A stretch of 64,000 nucleotides of DNA from Felis catus. Lineage: Eukaryota. The stretch's first letter is position 1; each line of letters starts with the position of its first letter. The translations under genes were made by a program, and so were the position numbers. Shown piece after piece: positions 56,823 through 64,000 of this stretch. The notes beneath the pieces were generated by a model that did not search any database, was not told the DNA's origin, and saw only the letters and a list, made by a program, of their open reading frames with translations. The stretch is taken from positions 116,562,001 through 116,626,000 of the forward strand of contig NC_058373.1 in assembly GCF_018350175.1 (NCBI RefSeq), in the 5' to 3' direction.

Positions 56823-59800
56823 TCCCCCAGGACAGGGTAGAAGCTAAATCTGAAGGACTGACTTGTAGTTTACAAATAGGTAGACCTTATTAACTTCCTG
56901 TATTTGACTTTGAAGTTGTTGTTGTTTTTTTTTTAAAGACTAGTTTTATTTATGGGCTATATTTTTGCTACCAGATGTGAATTTATTTATACATAGAGAA
57001 TTCTGCAATTAAATAATTAGCAAGTACATTATTATAATGACCACTGAGCTCTTGTGTAAAAATAGCACCCAGTTTTAGAATCTGTGCTCTGGAGGCAAAG
57101 CTGGGTGTGGGGTTGAAGAGCCACTGAGGTGTGGAAGGGCCTCTTCGGTGAACTGCTCATCTCTGTTCTCATGGCTGAGGAATGTGCTGTGTATTCTGCG
57201 TAACCCCTGCCACATTATGGACACCACACGCCGAGGGAATACATAACTAAACGAGGGCTTCCGCTCACTGGGGCAGGGATAGGCACACACCGCCTTGTCG
57301 TTTGGTTTCCCTTAAAGAATATTCTTCACAGTAAAGAGCGGTATATGCCTTTTTCCTTTCCTCCCAAGGGTTGTCTGGCGTGTCACGGGAGACAGGTACA
57401 GTTTTTCATTGCTTACTTGGTCTCTTACGAAAAGAGGGGAATTGTTGTTTGATCAGTTGATTATGCGCTGGAGCTCTGGTTTTTGAAGCTGTCAGGTCTT
57501 AAAATGCAACTTCTTTCTCCACAGTAGTTATCATGCAGGATTCCTTTTAATTTCCGAAACCCTTTAACCGAGGCCTCACGGGGATCCTGAGCCTTGCACG
57601 CTTCCCGTCTGTCAAATGGGTCCGTTAAGCCACATGCCTCGCAGGGCTGCGGGAGCGCCAGGTGCCCGTGCTGTGTGCCTTGTGGCTGCACGGGCCAGAG
57701 AAGCCTTGTGGCCCCACCTTCTCCCGTACCAGGTGAGGAAACTGCGGCGAGGCTCGTGGAGTAGCATATAGTTTCCCTCCCTCCCGTTTGTCCTAATGAC
57801 TAAGATAACCTTTGCCACACGTTAGGTCAATGTGTGACTCTGCTCCTGAGGCAACCAGAGAGGTAGCTTTTACGCACGTCTCTTTATTTGCCTGGAATTT
57901 CCCTTTCTCCTTGCCACCTGTCAGCCACCTCCTCCTCCTCCTTTGAGACACGTTCGAGTTCATTTCCTCAGGAAGGCATTCCTGGCCAATCCTACAGATG
58001 GATATGATTTCATATCCTCATCCACCGAAGTACTTCTTTCCCTGTGGAAATTTGAACTTATTTGTATGTTTCTTGGAAAACTCTTCCCTGTCTCTGTGTT
58101 ATTTATAAAAAAACTTTATACCATAAAAATGCTGGTTATTAAGGGAAAAAGAACTTTAAAAGAAAACCACATTTATTAGTGGCACAATGTTATTCCTGTG
58201 TATTGAAAGGGAAAATTTCAACTGACAGAGATGAACTCTCAGCATTAGCTCCTGAGTCACCTTTCAAGCCAGTGGGTCAAGGTTGAGGATTATGTTAAAT
58301 AAATTAGAACAAAACTTTCCACTGATAATTCACGTGTCTTTGCATATGGCTGAATACGTCCACAACTTTCTTCAGTGTTCTTTTTTCCATGCTATGAAAG
58401 TGGTAAACAAAATAAAAATATCAAGTAGCAGTATATGTTTTTAAAGATAATTCACAGAAGTTATATATAGACTGACTGGTACATAAAAGATCTATGAAAG
58501 CCAAGTTCGAGGCTTCTGTGAGCCTCAACATCAGTGAATGCACAGTTGAACTAAGGTTTCACTGTACAGCATTCACATTTTAATTGAATTTCAACACAGA
58601 GGTCAATAAATCCTTTTCCCATTCACTTGAGAACATTTACGTGCACCTTCAGTTTGTAGTCAGATATTACTTTGTTTTTTTGTGTGCGTTGGGCCGCTCT
58701 GGAAATAGGAAGGAAGTATTACAGAGAGCTCCTTCCCCCAGGACATACAGACAAATGCATGTGTGTTTGCATGAAAGGACTCCAAGGTCTTTGTTTATAT
58801 TTGGGATGTGAAGGAAGAGACATGTAATAGAATTTTAGACCTTGAAGGAGCTGTAGCTGCCATCTGTCTGATTTCTAAATTTCTTTATAAATAGAAATAA
58901 ATGTTCATAGAGATCAAAAGTTCTGCCCAAGTTCTATTACTTTATGGTGTGGGTCCCAGGCTCAGAGTTGAGTTTGTGGAGATGTGATGGGACAGTGGTG
59001 ATTGGTGCTTTGGGGAGAAACTCAATAGTATTTCTTTGCCTGTTCAGGGACCTCAGTATTTCCTACATTATTTATCTTTTGTGTTTTGAATACTTAGAAA
59101 ATTAGGTATTGATGGGGTTTGAGGCTAGAATTTTTTTCCTTGGACATTTTTAAGCATGCTACCCACAAAATTTTTCCCCGAGAAGACATCATAGAAAACT
59201 AAACCTTTGTCTAAATTGGAGTTTTATCATTTTCTTATATTGCAAAATAAGTCATTTTTCCTTGAAAAGCATTTTAATAGCCTTTCTGTAGGACACTTTG
59301 GAAAATGCAAGGCAGTGTCACACTTTTCACCTTGGGGAGTCTTGGCCTAAATTATGCCTGACTTTTACTGTAAAGACTGTGCCTTCTTCATCTGTATAGT
59401 CCCTACAGCTCCCAGCCCAGAGCTCTGTTTGCCTCCCTATGTTTTCATGCCCAGATCCTCCTCAGTGAGAATCACTTCACCTTTCTCTGCCTCGTCCTTT
59501 TCTCTTCCGTGTCATTATGAACTAAGGACCGAGGGAAACTCCTAGCCTTCTAGGGGTTTGGATATTTGAAATACAAAATTTCTTACTAATCAAAAATTGA
59601 ATCACTGGATCAGAACATGCTAATATTGACTCTCATTTGTTGAACCCTTACCATGTGGCAAATACTCTCTAGATTCTTTGAGTACAGAGATGAGTTGACA
59701 TGGCCCCTACCTTAAAGGGCCAATCATCTAGCAGGTAATAAAGATGGGTATTTAGGTGCAATAATTCAAGCGTTAGAAGTGTTGAAGCCATGTTTCTACC

Positions 59801-59869
59801 CTTGATGTTTCTTATTAGCAGTATCAGTGCCATGTATGATGTAGGTTTAATCGCAAAATAATTAGGGAC

Positions 59870-60186
59870 TTTAAAAAAATTTATTTCATTTGATCTATTT
59901 TAAAGAATTTTTTTTAATGTTTATTTATTTTTGAGAGAGAGACAGACAAAGTGCAAACCAGGGAGGGGCAGAGAGAGGGCGACACAGAATCCAGAGCAGG
60001 CTCCAGGCTCTGAGCTGTCAGCACAGAGCCCAATGCGGGGCTTGAACTCCTAAGTCACGAGATCATGACCTGAGCTGAAGTCGTCCACTTAACAACTGAG
60101 CCACCCAGGCACCTCTCATTTTATTTATTTTAGAGAGAGGGTGAGTGTGCAAGCTGGGGAGAGAGGGGCAGAGGAGAGACAGAGAC

Positions 60187-60224
<38 letters not shown>

Positions 60225-60348
60225 TCCCAAGCAGGTTCCATGCTGAGTATGGAGCCCGATGCAGGGCTTGAGCCCGTAACCTTGGGATCATGACCTGAGC
60301 TGAAATCAAGGGTCGGATGCTCAACTGACTAAACCACCCAGGTGCCCC
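59870..60348 (-). mobile_element. CAN-SINE hosting a second SINE in its tail
   Basis: Body 60116-60348; degenerate outer TSD aataat(t/c)agg. Confidence 0.9.
59903..60115 (-). mobile_element. CAN-SINE nested in same orientation
   Basis: Degenerate TSD tcattt(g/t)at(c/t)tatttta at 59886-59902 and 60116-60132. Confidence 0.92.
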
Positions 60349-61749
60349 AATAATCAGGTTTTTAAAAAATTAAACGTTATGTTTTAAATAGCTAATACAT
60401 GTCCACAGAGTAAAATCCACAAGGTTATACAGTGAAACTAAATGGTATAAATTTTATTCAGATTTCACCAGTTTTTCTACTAATGCCCTTTTTCTTTTCC
60501 AGGATCTAATCTGGAAATGTCATGTTGCATTCAGTATGTATGCTTTTTAAAATTTATTTTTTATATAGATTGTAGCATACTGCACTATGCTTTCTTTCTG
60601 TTCTGTTCCAGTTTATGGTTTTACTTTATTATCCGGTCTCATAATGATGGACTTTCTTTCTGATCTTTTGATATTAATAGTGCCTCTGTGGCAGTCCTTG
60701 AACTTGAAAGTATACAGGTTTATATAGAGGAATTTCCAGGTTAAAGAATATGTGTCTTCATGTCTGTCGTAAGTATTGCCAAACTGCTCTCCACGGGCAT
60801 TGTACAAGTCTACACTCCCATCAGCCATGTGTGCCCTTCTCCTTCCTCTTGCCAGGAGTGTGTGATTAGACCTTTTAATCCTTGCCAGTTTCATAGCTGA
60901 AAAGGGAATCTTTTTGTCGTTTTCCTTTGCATTTCTCTTGTTATAGATGAGGCTGTATATACTGTCCTGTGTTTAAGAGCAGTTTTTCTTTCTGTGAATT
61001 GACTTCTGTGATCCTTTATCCATTTCTCTAATGAGATAAGTTCTTTATATAAAAAAAGAAGCTATTCCATTTTGTGGTAGGAGCTGTTGATTTTTTCCAC
61101 TGGGTGTGTGTTTTGTCATTTATGCTAACTTGCAGTCTATGAATTTATTATGTTTGGATAATCATATTTATTTATGTTTTACTTTATGAGATTTAGATTT
61201 CATGTTCTTCCTAGGAAGGTTGTCTTATGCTCTCCAAGAGTATAAAAAATGTTTCCTGCTTTCTTTTAATCTTTTTGTTTCTTTTTTTAACGTCGGATTC
61301 TTTGATCAATTTGAGATTTTTTTTGGTGAGTTGGTATCCCATTCTCTTTTCCATGTGGCTGTATAGTGTGCCAAAACCATTATAGAGGGATTTGTTTTTT
61401 CTGCGCTGATTTTAAATGTCACATTTTATCTTACAAAGCTCTCCAAAGTATTTTTAGAATTTTCATTTTATCTTTTGATTTGATGGTCTATTCATGGACC
61501 AGTTTCACACTTTTGAGATTATTATGTATTTATAACATGTTTAACTAGGCAAGTATTAAGCCTTGTCTCTTTTATTGCTCTTTTTTTTCATAATTACTCT
61601 CATTATTTTTGCTCCCTTATTTTTCCATATGAACTTTAAACATAGATTCTGAATTCCCAAAAGAATATCCTGTTAATCTTACCGGGATTGCAATAAATTT
61701 CTGTGTTGATTTTGATATTTTTCAATATCAAATGTTTTTTTGAAAAGAT

Positions 61750-61912
61750 TTTTTTTCTTTTCTTTTTCCCTTTTAAGTTTACTTATTTAGTTTGAGAGAA
61801 AGAGAGAGAGAGAGAGAAATGCCAAGCAGGCTCTGCACTGTCAGTGTGTAGCAGCCTGACACAGGGCTCGATCCCATGAACCATGAGATCATGACCTGCC
61901 ACCCAGGCGCCC
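61750..61912 (-). mobile_element. CAN-SINE with internal deletion
   Basis: gagatcatgacctg joins directly to ccacccaggcgccc; degenerate TSD tgaaa(a)gattt. Confidence 0.88.
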
Positions 61913-61969
61913 TGAAAGATTTACTTTTAAGGAGATTTGTCACTGATAATATGAAGAACAGTTGCTCTT

Positions 61970-62197
61970 TTTAAAAAAAAATTTTTTTTTTTTTTACATT
62001 TATTTATTTCTGAGAGACAGAGACAGCGTGGGCAGGGGAGGGGCAGAGAGAGAGAGAGGGAGACACAGAATCCGAAGCAGGCTCCAGGCTCTGAGCTGTC
62101 AGCACAGAGCCTGATGCAGGGCTCGAACCCATGAACCATGAGATCATGACCTGAGCCGAAGTTGGACACTTAACCGACTGAGTCACTCAGGTGCCTC
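61970..62197 (-). mobile_element. CAN-SINE (felid SINEC)
   Basis: Full antisense body; TSD aagaa(c/g)agttg(c/t)tctt at 61954-61969 and 62198-62213. Confidence 0.95.
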
Positions 62198-64000
62198 AAG
62201 AAGAGTTGTTCTTAATCTTACCTTCTATCCCAGTAAAGTTTACTGTTTCCATATTTTGCCTTCCATTTCCCCTCTGCTTTTGGTGATGCGGAGTCATGTT
62301 TGGGGGTCTTTGTTTTATTACTTGAGAGTCTGTTATTAGCACAGTGCCGTGCATCCAGTAGGTAAGTGTTTAAAGGAGCCCTCCATACTGCTGTGGGATC
62401 CTGACTAGAAAGTGGTTTGGGAGTATCTGTTAAGATGTATCATGGACGCATGTATAGCTTGTATGTTACAACCCTGCGGACGTGTTACTCAGCATCTACT
62501 AATGACATGTGCATCCTCTGGGTGGGGCATGGACTCCAAGGGCAATGGTAGCCTCCTGTCACCCTCATGATCTCCTTTCCTTTCCGCCATTAAATTCTGT
62601 TGAAGATGTGAAATCCTGCAGATGGGCTCGTAGCCCAGGCTGAGCACTTTTAATTTGATTCTCTCCTTTACTTTTTTAGTTAAAAAAAATCTCAACATAG
62701 TAATCTTTTAGATAAACATGTTAGAATCAGCTAAATATATTTTTACCTCTCAAAATGTCTTCTCCCCATTTTGATCCTTCTCCCTTTCCCTGTTGAAAAT
62801 CACCAGGTGTGATTTTCATATCCTATAAGCCCATCACCGTCATGAGCCATGGTTCCTGATTGCAGTGCCCTTGGTGAGTGTGTTGGGGACAGAAATACTG
62901 TCAGTCCCCTTTGTGTGGCCTTCCTCCTCCTGTTCCCACTCCTGCTTGCTCATCACAAGAACCAAATCCCGTTCTTCACAAAGACGAGGTGTCTCCACCT
63001 ACTTCAGCACCCTTTTATCAGCTCTTCATTCCGTTTTGGAGTGCAGCCTCTTCATTCCCGTCCTGGATCTCAAATCTATACCCCTTTATCTTTGAAATCG
63101 TTATTTCTGTACCAGTACCAGAGGATTCCTTCATTCAGCAAACATTTATGCACAGTATGGTGGGGGGAACATGATTGCTTTAGTACCCAGTAGACCTGAA
63201 CCAAGATTGCATCAGAAAACAGGAGATTGTTTTGTGCGGAGCCCTAGGAAAACAGTCCCTTCATTGTCTCAGCACCAGCTTGAAGGGGCAAAGGAGAGAA
63301 CCGTGTGGTAACCTGGGAATTAAGGGCAGCAGGGAGGTAGAGTGGGAATGTTGAAGGCACACTGGAAGGGTGCCTGAGGTTTGGGTCACACTCCCATGTG
63401 CTTCTTTCTGCAGCATGCCCGCCTCCCTTTGGGGCCAGTTGGAAAGCCGTGGGCTGGTTACTATGGGAATTGATGGGTGCTGCTGGCAGCGAGAGAAGCA
63501 GAGTTCTTGGAATCGGTCCCAAAATCCTAGGAGAGCAGGGTTTTCCTCCCTCTGGCTTCCCTGCTTACTGTTCTTGGATGAACGAGGTTGATTTTAGCTT
63601 GGGGAGAGCATTTCCAACAGCTCCCCTCTGGCGCCCTAAGGAGAGCTGGGGGCTCCTCGGCAGGCGGACTTCACAGAGGGCAGGGCAACACAAGGGATCA
63701 CCAGGTTGCCCCCCATGAACTTGTTTTCGCGGTTGGCTTCTCACGCTTCAGTGAGCTCGGAATGCAATTCACGCTTCTGTTTCTTTTTACTCTGTCAGGG
63801 AATGTGCCACGGACAAGGAGAGGGGAAGTCAGTATTTAATTCCAGAACCACAACCTTCCCCTTCTTCCCTGCCATTACCCCTCACCAAAAAGGTGGGGGG
63901 CGTTGGGTGTGTGTTCCAGGGTTGGCGATTCTGAAGTGTCAGAGGTAGAAAGCAGATGTTTTAATGAAGTGATACCCGAATTGGAAAACAGCGGGTTCAA

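Larger units (their letters stand above)
60560..62260 (-). mobile_element. Ancient L1M (L1ME-like) ORF2/3' relic interrupted by two SINEs
   Basis: tattgccaaactgctctcca, tttgcatttctct, tcctttatccattt, tttttccatatgaacttta, gggattgcaataaat. Confidence 0.8.

Noticed and set aside
1123..62197. tRNA-like A/B boxes as tRNA genes, or SINE repeats as a CRISPR-like array
   Set aside because: They are tRNA-derived SINE heads with CT linker, poly-A and TSDs; dispersed, irregularly spaced, no cas genes, eukaryotic DNA
62849..63948. Cluster of overlapping ORFs at the window end
   Set aside because: Open frames on both strands reflect higher GC and probable old L2/LTR-derived sequence; no coherent protein or exon structure

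Overview
This is mammalian genomic DNA, not prokaryotic, and almost certainly felid. The window holds about 32 tRNA-derived carnivore SINEs (CAN-SINE/SINEC), several of the young felid type with intact CpGs and perfect target-site duplications (TSDs). The rest is older eutherian repeat debris separated by AT-rich unique sequence: L1 and HAL1-like fragments, L2, MIR, MER33, MER20, Tigger2/MER28-like elements, an LTR40-like solo LTR and microsatellites. I can support no protein-coding gene, tRNA/rRNA gene or CRISPR array. The supplied ORFs look spurious: many are translations of SINEs, L1, L2 or simple repeats, and the rest resemble no protein I recognise. The + strand is visibly T/G-skewed, SINEs are about 2:1 on the minus strand, and the best splice signals are on +. 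The window is therefore most likely inside a long intron, or 5'-UTR introns, of a gene transcribed on +; I cannot name that gene. I did not find a convincing novel biological system. The best leads are three small candidate cassette exons (one a frame-preserving 36-nt microexon), recursive-splice-like AG|GT junctions, a nested SINE stack that folds into a ~200-bp hairpin, multi-layer nested insertions with readable TSDs, and an ~820-bp TIR-bounded element I cannot assign to a family. Repeat family names come from recalled consensus sequences and need RepeatMasker/Dfam confirmation. Boundaries of the old repeats are approximate.
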